From Eledone cirrhosa (lineage: Eukaryota): DNA of 64,000 bases. Below are positions 25,433 through 39,781 of the stretch, piece by piece; position 1 is the stretch's first letter, and every line of letters starts with the position of its first letter. The stretch lies in contig OZ024743.1 of NCBI GenBank assembly GCA_964016885.1, positions 27,962,001 to 28,026,000 of the forward strand, given 5' to 3'. The position numbers and the translations under genes were made by a program. The notes beneath the pieces are model-generated. The model was not told the DNA's origin and did no database searches. It was given only the letters and a program-made list of their open reading frames with translations.

Positions 25433-26499
25433 CTGAACTTAAATCCGTGGTGACAGAAATAATTGTGTACTCCTCAAACCGTCAGACTGTACTTAGAAGC
25501 TGTTGGATAGAATTGTGTACCCCCGTTTATCTGAAACATAATATACAGGCAAAAAAACATGAGCACACTTGTAACGTGATTGTGATATGATTGGCTGTCG
25601 TTAAATAATTAAACAATCACACTGCACTTATTTGATAACAATACGAGTTCAATACACGACAGTAGACAGATGACTTCATGTCTTTTCCCAACATCTGGTT
25701 ATCTGAGACAATGTACAATTAAGCGACGTTTCCAAACGAACGCTTGCAATGGATTTGAATTCCATATCTATGGAGTGATTCTCAGCTACATCATCCTCTC
25801 AGTCATATCACCTCCTTGCCAGCAATATACCTGCTTTAATCAAGTGATATGTTGTAATTTTTATGCCAAAATCAGTGATAAAATATTTATAATCCAATGA
25901 AAAGAGAGCGGAAGATAAACAGACGGATTGACAGACGGATTGATAGATAGATAGATAGAAATAGACAGAGAGATAATGAGATAAAGTGAGAGAGGTGGTT
26001 TTGCACAATTTTTATCTTCACTTATTGGTTATTCCGTTTTTTTCTCAGTAACTCTCTCAGATTTTAGATTGATTGTTGATTCGTGATTAAACAACTGGAA
26101 GAGTAATATAATTCTCATTGAAATGGGTTTTAGAAATCGATAAGACGTTCAAACAATATTTATGGAATGCTAAAAATTGAAATTAGATTTTTAAATGTCC
26201 AATGATTTAAAATAAACTGCACTGAGAGAGTTGATAACTAATACACTGCGGAAGAGCATCGTTAATTCGTTCAGAAATGTTACTGCGAAAATTTTAGATG
26301 AAATCACCCAGAAATATTTTCAAATTGTAAAATTCTGCAGCTCAGCCACTTGTATTGCATCAATATTAAGAAAATAATCGTATCCAATGTAAGTACATGC
26401 ATGAGATATTTATTTCGTGACTAAATCAGAGGTGGACGACATGCGCTCATAATCTTTTTCTAAGGACTCTGAGACTGACAAATGAAAGAGTAGATAAGA

Positions 26500-28380
26500 T
26501 ACAGAAACTATATCGAATTATTTTCAATCCAGAGACATAGTCCAAATGTTATAAGCTAAGTGGACTTCACTACTAAAGCTAACCAAGGTTCAGATGGTGA
26601 TGTTAAACTGGGTGAAGGATTATGTCTGCCACCCATGTGAAGAATGATGTAAGAAAGATAAATTAAGATCATTAATGGTATTTATAGCTAAAATATACTA
26701 TTTCATTAAATCAATGCATTATATGAAATGTTGGTTTCTTTTCTTTTCGCCACTAAGTCCTTCTCATATCTTTGGATTGATGGAAAAAATAACCAATTGC
26801 GTTTATGTGCGCATCCGAGTGTATCTGTCTGGTCACCTTGAGATCGTGGAGAGGGGGTGGAATTATATTTATCGAAAAAATATATTAGCGAGTGTGTATG
26901 TGTTTGAGTATGTTGGGTGTATGTCTGCTCCCAGATATGGTTATTGTAACCTCCAGACAACAGATCTATAGATTTGGCATCTGACCTAGCAGCAGTTCAC
27001 TCTAATCACCTTTTGTCATGGAAGTGGGAAACATTGTTGAACATAAAATTACTGGCAAGAGAATTGGTTTGGTGATGGGTTAGAGATCCTAATCCAGATA
27101 AAACCTGAAAACTTGGAATATATTCTAGACATAATAGACGTTAAAAATAGTACATATCTAAGTGTTATGGTTGAATACAAAATGCCTAGGTGCCAAAAAC
27201 GTGGTATCACAAACTATCTCAGAGGCTTTTGCTCACGATGACAGAAAACCCAGACTGTTGAAAACACCACAAGCACAACAACAGCATGTAACAACAGTTG
27301 CAGCAATAGCTACAGTAGCAAAAACATAGCTAACACCCTAACCCTAACAGTTGCAACACCATCAATAGCAGCAAAAATACGAGGTTCTCCAAAACAATAA
27401 CGACAACAGGATTTGCCACCTAAACCCTCAAAAGTGTCCCCTGTTTTAATCTCCCTGAAAAACAGAAACCCAAACACACCTATCCCCTCCGCCATATTAG
27501 AACCTCTTGAGTCAGAGACATTGTAGTACTTTGAGGTTTAAGTAAATGACCTGCCGTAAGAAGTCCTCATATAAGGGAAACATAAAAAGGAAGGAGAAAT
27601 ACACTGTTCCCACAGAAACCAGGTTTATTGAACAAGTAAATAGTTTTCCATTTAATCAGCATCCCAACACCCACTAAATTACTACCAGAACTAACTACCA
27701 CCACAATCTTAGCAAAAAAACCCCCCAAAACAGTCACATTCGGAACTTCCCTGATGCAGAGAAAAACGTGAGGTTGTTGCCGTTCATGTTATAAAACAAA
27801 TATTAAATGCAGTCGGAAAATTAATCTCTAACACACGTAACTATAGACAAAACTGAATTGATGCCGTCAGACAGAAAATTCCACAGATAGTGCTGGACAT
27901 TTGGCCAATTTTCTAAACAAAAGAAATTTAGCAGGGCCTATCACGGGACCCTCTTGAATTTTCAAGAAGATGGGATTAGCTGTCTATATGAAAAAACTGA
28001 GTTAAATGATGCCTCCTGCCTTCTTTTTTCCGACCAACATGCCCGAACGCACAATAGGTACGTAACCTTGGAAGCAACAGCATTTGCTCAACGATACCAG
28101 GTCACTCGATATAGATATGGTAATCATCGTCGACAGCTGGGTGGTGTATGCATTTCTTAGCAAAACTCTGGAAGTGGAATGGCAGACTTTTTTTCGGAAA
28201 AACTTTGAGCCCGAGGTGGGATCAATTTTTCTGGACTCGGTTTTGCGGATGTGAGCAGCCGTATAAGTGGTGCCCTCAAACAAGTGATCGTCTATGTTCC
28301 AGCAATGGCTGTGGTGCGGATTTCTTAAAGCGTCTAGAATATTATTCTGAGAACGTCTCACACCTTTGTTTTAGCGGATG
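26500..28380 (+). mobile_element. Very degraded 5' part of an L1/Tx1-like LINE (ORF1 knuckle and APE start)
   Basis: Relic VMVEYKMPRCQKRGITNYLRGFC (decayed CCHC knuckle) at ~27165-27232. An APE-like N-terminal remnant lies at ~28000-28350. Boundaries are uncertain. Confidence 0.4.
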
Positions 28381-28734
28381 ATTAGAATGATATATTAAAT
28401 GCATGTAGAGATGTTAGGGATCTAAGGGGTAAACGTGTTAAAAGCTTCCCAAATCTGCTCAGATAATTCCAGCTGCCTGACAAGGACAGATTGTATTTTT
28501 CGTATGTAATAGTGAGGACATGAAGCAAACATCGTGTCATCTAGTTGATTACAAAGAATACGAACATGAAATCTGCACAATCGACTTAGATAGGACTCGC
28601 AGATAGAGAACTGCATGTCCGCCTGCATGTATTATATATATGTATGTAAAAGGTAAACAGAAATAACAACACAATCGGTACAATATATAGAAGGATACCT
28701 GGCTTGTCTCTATTTCTGTATGTCTTTTTATATG

Positions 28735-28910
<176 letters not shown>

Positions 28911-29730
28911 TACACGCATTCATAGTCACCTATTTACCTAGATTGCTACCAGCTTTCTAACTATTTCCTTTCCGTTCGAGTATAATATAACATTATAAGT
29001 TATATTAAAAAGAAGATAGTTCTATTGCAATATCGGAGTGCATTGACAAATAATGAAGACTGAAGAAACCGCAGGGAACCAAAGCTTGTGTTTGGATTAG
29101 GATATTCACACAAATTGCTTATTTCATTTCCGAGATGATAAAATAGATTTCTAGGCTGGACCACCACATTCAAAATCAGTATCGCTATTGCATTTCCCGT
29201 CTCTCCTGCTCTATTCATACAATCTCTATTCAAATATTCATTCCGTTTTTCTTTTTTGTAAAATAATCCACTGTTCCTTTACATTCCCTTCTATCTCATT
29301 CATGGTTATAGTTATTCGCTGTCCTCTTAAATCCTTCTGTTCTCTCTTTCTTGTCTTTGTCTGCCTGTCTGTATCTGTGTGTATCCCTCTCTATCCGAAT
29401 GCACTCTCTGCTCTTCTAGTAGCAAAATAAACCTACAATCAATCAGGGAAATTGCCTTAAAATGGACGTAGTTTCTAAATCCACAGAGAAAGTATCCCGG
29501 TTAACGGGTCTGGAGATTCCAAACAGAAGTGATCAGCCCAGAAGGGTATTCTGACTTACATGAGACAATCTTGGGCTGCTTACACAATAAATACATAACG
29601 TCCTTTTCTTAATTCACTGGATAAGATGAAGGCATTGATGAATTTAAACATAAGGTAAAACAGCTAGAGTCTATAGTCTGCAGGGATCTCAAAATAATTA
29701 AAATGCACACACACACACATATATATATAT

Positions 29731-29908
29731 AAGTTTATACCGGGTTCAATCGGGGGTAACCACAGTAAGTAAGGTACTCAATACAAAGCACAGTATAAAT
29801 ATTTAATACAGAAATGGCTTCTACAGGACTAGAAATGTTTCATTCGGGAGAAATCATCAGGGCTACCTGATGATTTCTCACAAATGAAACAGTTCTAGTC
29901 CTGTAGAA
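29731..29908. mobile_element. PLE-type terminus family B with head-to-head inverted hammerhead-like motifs
   Basis: Arms 29819-29861 and 29866-29908 are near-perfect reverse complements, and each carries CTGATGA...GAAA. Confidence 0.65.
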
Positions 29909-30228
29909 CACACACACATAAACAAGATGGCGTAGGACAGAACAAAGGAGAGGCACAAAAACAAAGAAAAGAATCCCCAGTCACTGAAGAGGTCACAAAA
30001 TGTGTGACGAAAGAACTTTGACAATATATAAACAACCATCTGGTTGTGGAACCAACCAACCAACCGGAAATTTATAAATTCCTAAATTTATAAATGTATT
30101 ATAATAAATTGAAGTGAAAGCAACTGGTGCGTGTGTTTCTTATTGGCAACATGACCCTCCCAAAGTATAACAATATCGGTTTCAACACACGTTTTCAGAT
30201 AAAGAATCTTGCTAAACAAATTCAGAAA

Positions 30229-30231
<3 letters not shown>
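29909..30231 (+). mobile_element. PLE family A pseudo-LTR plus ORF start (ATG 30151, [27 protein letters not shown])
   Basis: Homologous to 43530-43786. Its last ~37 nt match the 5' end of the long copy at 39805. Ends in (TA)n. Confidence 0.85.
29980..30022 (+). ncRNA. Minimal hammerhead ribozyme (family A)
   Basis: GTCA CTGAAGA G GTCACA aaatg TGTGAC GAAA GAAC TT TGAC. Confidence 0.75.
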
Positions 30232-30300
<69 letters not shown>

Positions 30301-30390
30301 TGCAAGAGATGTCAATATGAATGGACCTGCTATTTTTACTAAAGTATTTTTTCCAATTCCATCCCGCCCTCAATCTATCTTATTCCTCTT

Positions 30391-30430
30391 TCTTTTTTCT
30401 GATGAAGGACTAGCGTCCGAAACGTTAAGA
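30391..30430 (+). ncRNA. Minimal hammerhead ribozyme (family D)
   Basis: TTTT CTGATGA A GGAC tagc GTCC GAAA CG TT AAGA, with palindromic AACGTT stem III. Its downstream flank recurs inverted at ~28640-28686. Confidence 0.7.
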
Positions 30431-30523
30431 CCGTCTTCCTGCCATATCAAGCGTTAACCTAATATATCCCTTCCATATACTGTACCGATTGTGTTGTTAT
30501 TTCTGTTTACCTTTTACATACAT

Positions 30524-30626
<103 letters not shown>

Positions 30627-30650
30627 GAAGCTTTCGCCGTACTTTGACTA

Positions 30651-30750
30651 AAGAAAGTTAGCCTGATAGTGGGGTTTAAAACTGTCACGTAAATACTCAT
30701 CTTTTTCCATCTAGAGGGTTTTAAGCCCAACTATCAGGCTAATTTTCTTT
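30651..30750. repeat. 33-bp imperfect inverted repeat, MITE-like
   Basis: aaagaaagttagcctgatagtggggtttaaaac versus the reverse complement of 30718-30750. Confidence 0.7.
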
Positions 30751-30779
30751 CGTACCATGAAATGATAAGCATAACATTC

Positions 30780-31700
30780 TTTGTAGCTGATTTATCGGCC
30801 AGCATCTTGTCCTGTAGCTGGAAATGAATTCCATCTTGACCATTCTAGAAGATGAGCGGATGTTGGAGTGAGTCTTAGGCCCTATGAGGTTTACATATTC
30901 GCTCCAAATGTCCACTTTGTTTTTGCAACGTCATTCGTGCAGTTCATCAGCCATTGCAATTTCATCAGTGACAGGTGCAATGGACCAGCGTTCATTTTCT
31001 GATGCTGGGTGTTTGTCTGGAACCCAAGTGTTGTTCATGTGCCCTAGTGGATATTTAAATACACTGACATACATGTGAATTTGGTGAAGCATTTCTTGCA
31101 ACTTTATGACTATAAAGAACTGCAATCCACCATGGATATTGGTATATCTTTGTTGTGTTTCTGTTTCATTTCCACACATGAAGTAAACCTGCACAAATTT
31201 GTGAGGCGCCTGTGAAAGTGGCAAAAGGCCACCCATTAAATGGTAGCACTGTCCTTAAATTTTATAAGCGGTGTAGAACCTTAAGGCAGTCACATTCCTG
31301 TCAGCTCCAAAAGATGTCAATTGAAAGGCAAAATTATATTTTTGGATACATTTATTGAAGTGCCATGCCTCTGGTGTATCCGGGAAGAGCAGATTCTTCA
31401 AAAACTCAGGAGACTCTTGTATTGTTTAAAGGTTGACTTTGCCTTTTGAGCAGCATAGACATGGTATTTCTGCTACCCAATTATTGGCACTACAATGCTA
31501 GCAGCTAGCAGTATTTGTTCATTTTCCAATGCTGATTTGTGGATGGCTGTCATTTTTCCAAACAGCACTGTCTGCTCACTACTAATTCCTGTGCTCATTC
31601 TAAAGCTGATGGGGCTCTGTTAATAGCTTGTTCCCTTTCTTCAGATCGCCGCGCTTTCTTTCACTTGGTATCTGAATACGACTTTCCGTATAATGATCTG
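30780..31700 (-). mobile_element. Degraded Helitron RepHel N-terminal coding fragment
   Basis: Relic motifs CCSKGKV, IQKYNFAFQLTSFGA, GQCYHLMGGLLP..KFVQVYF, LQEMLH, DKHPASENERWSIAPVTDEIA and HRA*DSLQHPLIF*NGQDG follow the Helitron-like domain order. Confidence 0.8.
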
Positions 31701-34700
31701 GAACGTTTCCGAGGAATTTGAAGTGATATTACACACCACACTTCTTCCTAAATAGAAACAACTATATGTATTGGAAGTCCACTAAGTAATGTTGTTTTAA
31801 ATGAACTGTTTATCTGAATGTGTATTAGATGTAGTTAATTTTAATGTAGAAAAAGGTTCGGATTTCAGAATGTACAGGGTTGTCAGTTTTAAACATACGT
31901 AGACATTTTTAGATTTCAGAAATCATCTGAATCGTAGTGAATCGTACTGAAATCGTCAGATAAATTGGTGTTTGTTTTTTTTTTCTCCAAAACGATAAAC
32001 ATATTTTTCTGTTAATTCAAATAACATTGGAAAAAAATAACTCAGGAATTTATCCGACAATATGTATGTAAAATCTTGATTTTGCCAATGGTAAAATGAA
32101 GAGATGATCAGGGTTTGCTGTATAAAATATAAATCATCTGCTTACCTTAAAATTAAAGAGAGAGAAAGAGAGTTGAAGAACTCTGACACACACACACACA
32201 CGCACATATAAATGTCTCTGACTTAAGAAGGCAGACACGCACACGCACGAGCGCACACATATACACACACTGTCCCACATTCACTTCTATGACCGAGGGG
32301 AGAAAGAGTAGTAACGCAAGGCATAGAAGAAAGAAGAGAGAGTTAAAATTCTTGTTTATGTTCTCATAAAAAATTACGGTTTCAACCAGCCTTCTCCATT
32401 CTCTCCGCCGGGGACAGCACGCGGGACCCCATTTGCTCACCATACAGAGAGATGGGGAGGACGAGAGGGATGTAGGCGATGACAGTGGGAGTTTAGCTAT
32501 TCCACGTTCGGACCATATCCTTGTGGTTGTGTTCATTAAGCAGTTAATGAGTAGAGTATATACAAGATTTAATATAGAAATGTAAATAGTTTCAAATTTA
32601 TAGAATGCAGCCCTCTCACGTTTTCTGTTTTCTTTCTTTCTCTCCTCCACTCTCTTACTCTCTCATCAAGTCTCTCTTTTTTCTTTCCCTTTCCCATCCT
32701 TTTCTCTCTCTACTTTCTCTCCTCTTACTTTCTTTCAACACCTCTCTCTCATTAAACACAATGGACGGCTTCTTTCGATATGGATAAGGAAATATTTACG
32801 ATTCCTTGCTTCGTAAAGCAAAAATATTGTTTAAATACACAAGTCTCTGATATCCCAACGGCTAAATGGCAGCAGAAGGACATCCAGGAGTCATGACCTG
32901 GATGCGGCTCGGCCCCCTTACAGTGTAAGAAGTTAAGTTCCAAAACACTCACTTGAGGGGAGCGTTATTCTCTGAAGACCTCCTGTCCAGCTCTCCTAAT
33001 AGCTTCTTACCACCTGGAGCCTCGTTTGCCTCTAAAATGTGGGGGGAGGGGGACAAACGAACATTTGTTGATTCTTAAAGGAGCATAAATTGCATATGGT
33101 GCCTTTCCCAGACCCTATCACATAATAAACAAAATTTTACGCTAATTAAATTTTATATATCCTGGTATCCCTCTGAAACAAGGCCCTTGCTTACCACTAT
33201 ACATATTTATACAGAATGTGCGAAGAACGCATACTGTTTAATAGAGGAGCGCATTACTGAAACTTCAAAAGATCCTAGTTTTATACAAATTTGTATAATT
33301 GAATTAAAATATAATTATATCCTGCAATCAATAAATAAATCGTTAAACATCTTTGCCACGTAGCACAGTTGTGAAAATATCCAGATGGCGAAGAGTGTCG
33401 CATGGTGTGATCATTTGTCACAGATTTTGGCGTGGGCGAGTGAGAAGTATTTAAGTGGAAATAGTGACTCAGTAATTTTCTGAGAGTGATCAGAGAGCAA
33501 GAAGCGTCAAAAACAAAATTTGTCAGTTTACCAAACCAAGTTGAAATTATCTATTTGGGAGAAGGGGGGTGCATAACGGGAAAAGGGGTACACATTTGTA
33601 GAGCTAGTCTAAGGCGGTGGTTCTGGAAAGGAGACGTTAGTTAATCTAATCCTACGTACTCCTTAAAAGATGGGATGGCCATGAATGAATGTACTTAATT
33701 ATAGGTATGTTCGATCAGCGATCACCTACAATTTCAGCTTCTTGTCGTGCAGTATTAGTGTTTTAAATAAATGGGGGGGGGGGGGGGGGGGCAAATTTGG
33801 TCAATTTACTTGTAGCTGTTATTATCAAATATCAACCATGATATATATATAAAAAAAAAAAATTCGACATGTACATAAATTGTAGGACATATACAAATAG
33901 ACGTATGTTTTTGGTAGTTTGGGGAGAAAATATATAATTATTAGAGGAGGGGGGATCATTCCCCCTCTTGGTCCCCCCCAGTTCCACCACCCCAGCTTAC
34001 AGATGCAGTGTATGGATCAAATCTACAGGTTTCAATTGTTCAATGATTTGTATATGATTGAAAGATAAGATACTAAAATATCTGGATAAATAACAAATTA
34101 TTCATCGAAATTTCGTTCCGTGTTCAAACCTCGGCTAGGCTCCGTGAATCAATACAGAGTAAAGATTAAAAGTTCACGAGACTGGAAAATGAGGGGGAAA
34201 TAAAAAAAAGAAAGAAATCTTATATATTTCTCATCTGACATTGTCTTGTGCGAGGTCAATTGACACAAAGGTAAGTAGTACTTAAGTAAAATGAAAATAA
34301 AAAGAAATAGAATTGTTATTTACACGGTTGAATATTAAATATATTTCATTACAAGTAACTTTTTCCTTTTACAACATCATTTATTGTGCTTACAGAAGTG
34401 ATGTATACATACACTCACCTGCAATTGTAATCTTTATGGTTAACGCATAAAATAATTACGCACTTGAGCGAAAAGACAAAATGCTGACGTCAACAAAAAG
34501 CTTTTTAGCTTTCTAATAGTAATAATAATGATAATGATAACAATAATGGCAATGATGATGATAATGATAATAATCACGATGCTGCTGCTGCTGCTGATGA
34601 TGATCTCAGTGTCTTTTCATGCTTTGTTCTCGTCTGTTTTATTCTAGTTAATCCCTTGTTCTGTTAATTCTATTCAATAAAACGCCATACAAAAGCATCT

Positions 34701-36587
34701 CTGGTGACATGAAGACTTTCAACGTTTTTAAATTGTCGCCAATAATTCAGCCTCCGGATATTACTACTACTGTTGATAGACTGGAGTTCTTTCACCTGTC
34801 AATTTCTGTAATTACTGATTGTTTTCTGATTTTATACTGATGTTTTCTGAAAGTCTAAAATGTAATCTTCTTCGTCAGAAACGTAAACATCTTCATCTAT
34901 CTTTTTCTAATTCTTTTATCGACCTTTGTCTCGTTGTTTCATTCTTTCTTGACATTTAGATATTGTCTCAGTTTTTCCGGGTTAACTTATATATTTATGT
35001 TGCTGTTCCTTATCAAATTGCTATGAATGAGATGTTAATTTACATTGCTTAATGGGTATGTGGCAATCGCAGTAGTACGTTTCCGGTAAACCAAGGTAAT
35101 TTACATGGTTTCAATTTCAAGTTGGAAATATTATACTTCATATAGATAATAGATATTTATGCAGAACATAAATTACATCAGAAGATTTAAGAAAGATTTT
35201 ATGTACATATTTGAACAGTTTTTGAATAAAGCTTCGCTGTGAAAAAAAAAACAACAAAAGAATTCTAAACTCTTTATACTGGTCTCTCTGTACACAGAAA
35301 AGCCTAATCTACTATTTTAGATATTTAAGAGTTTACTGTCTCTTCAGGAAATAACGATACCGATAAATAAGTCCTCAAATGGATCTTTATAGCGCTCGCT
35401 AACATGATGTGAACATAACTGAAATAGCCAGTCTAATTTGTACGAGGTGAATTTTTTTTATTACAGTATATATACCAATAAGTTCGTTATTACATCTATT
35501 AAACTGAAATTATGTGACGGTACCTAATAGCCTTAAGAAAAAAGGACTTTGCATAATTTTATAATAGTTGTATTAAGAAGCTGAGGCTAGAAGTCAATTT
35601 ACTGCCGATCATATAATCATACAGTATAGACGTTACATATATGAGCCACACACACCTGCTAAGACACTAATCTCTCAGATTATTCCTATAAATATCAACA
35701 AACAGCACTAGAAATAGATGCCTGATTGTTTAGAAGAACTTACAGACACATCAACAATACAGTTATAACTTTACTCCCCCAACTCACAGAACACTACACA
35801 ATAAAACAATTCACGTCCACCTACACACAGCAACACAAAAGAACAAAACCAACTAACACAGCCACCACCATTCACAGAAAGCTGCACTCATAAACAAACA
35901 CAAAAAAACTCCTATGACTCAACCTCAAGCAGCTACTACATGCCATCTAAAGTATGTACCAGGCTAAGAGACTTATTACGCCGGATCTTATTCTGGTTTA
36001 ATAAGGCAAAATGTGACTGTGAGTAAAAGATTGCCTCATAGACACATTTGATCCTAAATCGCATGGGAAAGTGTTGATATGACACTAAAAACTAACAACC
36101 CAGTCGCAATAAAGACTGCACTAGCTGTATACTATCAATTACAAACATAGATTTAAAACAATCCTAACGCCCCTTATAGCACTTTGCTCACTTCCATAGT
36201 AACTCCACTGAGAGACATAAACGAAAGACAGAAAGCGAAAAAATGCAATGTGTCCACACTATCATACTATAATTTATACGATAAACCATTGCTTGTTGGA
36301 ATGCATAGTACGGTGTTTAACTAAGGGAAACACTATATCTATAGCAAAGGATCCACCGATCTCACTCAGACGATTAATAGATCATCATAGTGCCATTAGA
36401 TCTATTAGATCGATATTGACTTCGGTATAATCAAACACAGTCAGCTACAGCATCTAGATATCTAAATACATGAGTTAGTAAGGAGGCTCTATGTTGCCGC
36501 TTAACCTATCAGAAATAGCAGTAAAATAAACCTAAAGTCACATTATACCTTTATAAATAGGAAACATATAGAACATTGTAGCTCTAG

Positions 36588-36857
36588 CAGACTTGTCGAC
36601 TCTCCCCGTCCGGCGGGGAGATCTCACATTCACTTTTGGGTAGGTGAGAGATGTCTTCTTTTTTAAAAATGGGTATAAAAAATGTTAAAAATGACAAGGG
36701 CGGTGCCCCAGCATGGTTTCAGCCGGATGGCTGGAACAGGTAAAAGAGTAATAGCTTTCATTATGCAAAAATCTCCCAATTTTGCCTCATTTCTCTCCGT
36801 TTTGGGACACTTTTTTATGGTACTCCCCGTTTGTGTTTTTAGAGGTTGGCAAGTCTG
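36588..36857. mobile_element. hAT-like MITE
   Basis: TIRs CAGACTTGTCGAC / GTTGGCAAGTCTG; no clean TSD. Confidence 0.5.
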
Positions 36858-38683
36858 CCCTAGGCTTACTTGATGGAGGGTGACATGAGGACTATCAATA
36901 TAATGACAACCTAAACATCAAATAACCCATACGAACATTTTTAGAATACCATCTAAATTCACTGTCTCATTTCATCCAACATTATTCGCAACATAATTCA
37001 ATGAGCTGAAACTTATTAAGTCATTTACTATTTTATCAAATACCGAGGAGAGGAATCCGTTTTCATCCTACATGATTCTATATGGCCTGCCACCCAGATC
37101 CGTAGTACAAATATCACAACAAAATTTCAGAAACCACGTTGAAGAGCAACAAAGCTGGAATATGGTGGAACTCCTAATCATTGAAATGTAGATGTGCAGT
37201 TCACAGTTTCAAGGATGTATACTAGTTGCAGAGAAATCTTGTTTGCATCATTCCATACCCCCCACCCCACCCCACCCCACCCATCTAAAAAAGTGCATAC
37301 ATTCTGCAAGAATCAGTCTTTAAAACCAATCTGCTATCGCATTCTACCAATCTCTATACACACCATCTAAAAAACATAGCACAAACTGATTCTCACACAT
37401 CACCCCGAGTCCCACAGTTTATCAAACACTGTACACAGTAACTACTACGTTTTACCTAACCTCACAAATTGACTGGATTATTGTACTAAAAACAGAATAC
37501 TCTAACTTTCACATTGTACCAAACACCACTTGTTACATTCCACCGGACAACAAAGACTTGTAATAACATTCCACCAAACAAAAATTAGAATATTATTAGT
37601 TCAATTACTATCACTCTGGTCGACCGTCATGATCTTAGACCTCATTCGCTTGCCGATTGGGGTGGACATCGTCAAATCGGACCAAGGAAACAATGTTTCC
37701 ATTGGTCTTTCCATTGCCGATACTATCTACCGGTGGTAACTCTTGGCAGAAAGAGCAACGTGAAATGTGTCTTTCTCAAGGACATAAAACATCACACGGT
37801 CCGAGAATTGAACTCGCAACTTTACGATTGCGAATCAAGCTCTTTAGCCAGTACGCCATGCGCCTTCACTTAATTACTATGTAAGATTATATAACGTTGT
37901 GCTATAACCACTTAGCAATTTTCACGATGGCGGAGATATTGAGCAACCTCCTTTCATCGAATTTTGCACGAAGTTTAGCACATCTGTACTTAGAATGCTT
38001 CATTAGGCCTTTGGCAAACATTGTTTAGGCCTATCAGAGATTTTTGAGTGATACAAACCTTTCAATATTGACTGACTGTCAGTTCAAGGAGTCTAGTGAC
38101 CAATTATTAGCAAAAAACCATAAAAAATACAGAAACAACTTGTGAACTTTAACAATATTTCAAATAATAGAAACCAACTTTCACATTCTATCAAATAAAA
38201 ACGTGAGCTTTCATATCCTATCAAACAACACTCCCTAGTTCTCACATTGTATGAAACAGCACACATTGGTTGTCACCTTCTATCAAACATAACCCATGAA
38301 TTTTAGTAACAACAACAAAAACAGTGGCACTAACAACAATGACAACGAAAACAACACCTTTGCTTACAGCTATCAAATATCCGACATCTAGGACCTTGAC
38401 TGCTGTGTAAACAAAGAACAGAGAGAGTTAGATAAAGAGAAAGCGAGAGCAAGAGAGGAGGCGGAGAAAATCTGCGTCCATACACATATATGGAGGTGTG
38501 TCTATGATCTATGAATGTCTGGGGGCGGAGATAAAGATATGACTCATACAGGGATGTGAGTATATATGTAAAAGACGTGTGTGTGTGAAGGTGGTGCGCG
38601 TATGTCTGTGTTTAGGTGTATGAACGTAGGGAAAAAGGTAAAGTCAGTGTGCGTATGTATATATATATATGCATTTGTGTGTG

Positions 38684-38716
<33 letters not shown>

Positions 38717-38829
38717 CGCAGCAAGAGAGTAAGGTTAGATATGTATGTGTGGCGTAGTCCAATGCTGTTGTGTATGTATATATGTAACGGCTATCCGAAA
38801 GTGTGTACATATGTATATACACATGTACC

Positions 38830-39142
38830 GCGCGGTTAAACCACTGGGAGTGAAGGACCCCTAGCCTTTGTCAGAGCATTCTTCTAGGAGAAGGCAACTC
38901 ATGAAACTGGGATAACTCCGATATAAAACCTGCGGCTCAGTAGTTACCGATGATGTTGATCTTTTCTTCTTTTCGGGTTATAGCTACTGTCGCTCAGAGA
39001 GTGGGATTGGCTCAGTGCACAGTCTTTCCTCACTTTACAGAATATCTTCATGCACAGGCATTGCAGGATAGAATTAATTAATAATTATTAATAATGGTAT
39101 ATCGTGCAATGGCCATACTCGATAACGAGGGAGCAGCCATCA
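38830..39142 (+). mobile_element. Bipartite non-autonomous RTE (5' UTR joined to 3' end)
   Basis: 38830-39070 is the reverse complement of 51185-51430. 39100-39142 matches the RTE 3' terminus at 46918-46962. Confidence 0.75.
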
Positions 39143-39399
39143 TGTATGTATGTATGTGTGCATGCATCCCTGTATGTATGTATGCCTGCATGTGGGTGTG
39201 TACATGCATCCCTGTGTGTATATATATATCGCATCTGTGCATGAGTGTGTGCACGCCTGCAAAAATAATGAAAATTCTGTTTCATCACTTGGGAACAACT
39301 CTCTTGCTCTTGTGTCCAAATAGAGTAATGGTGTTGTAGGTACAAGCTGCTTTCATGTTGCATAAGCACGGGATTTCATCAACCTACATCAGTGAATGT

Positions 39400-39600
39400 C
39401 GCCGAAGGCTTGCTTGAAATTGCCAATATTGAATTTAGGTTGTTTCGTTTGATTCCTTCCATAATTCTCCTGAAAAGAAAAATATGAGATATAGTTGATC
39501 TTTTGGGTTTGAAGCCATTTTGATTTGATCTTAGATTAGGGCTAAAATGTGGCTGAATTCTATTTTGTATAATCTTGCTTATGAGTTTTTATGCAATTCA
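39400..39600 (-). mobile_element. Degraded LINE RT fragment (RTEX-like)
   Basis: KIIQNRIQPHFSPNLRSNQNGFKPKRST...RRIMEGIKRNNL. Confidence 0.55.
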
Positions 39601-39677
39601 TGTTAAAGGTGTACCTCAGTAGTTTAATGTATAACTCAGGCCAACAGACGTACACAAATATGTATACACACACACAC

Positions 39678-39781
<104 letters not shown>

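Noticed and set aside
32153-32650. 165-aa minus-strand ORF
   Set aside because: Low-complexity ends from GA/CA repeats and no recognisable domain.
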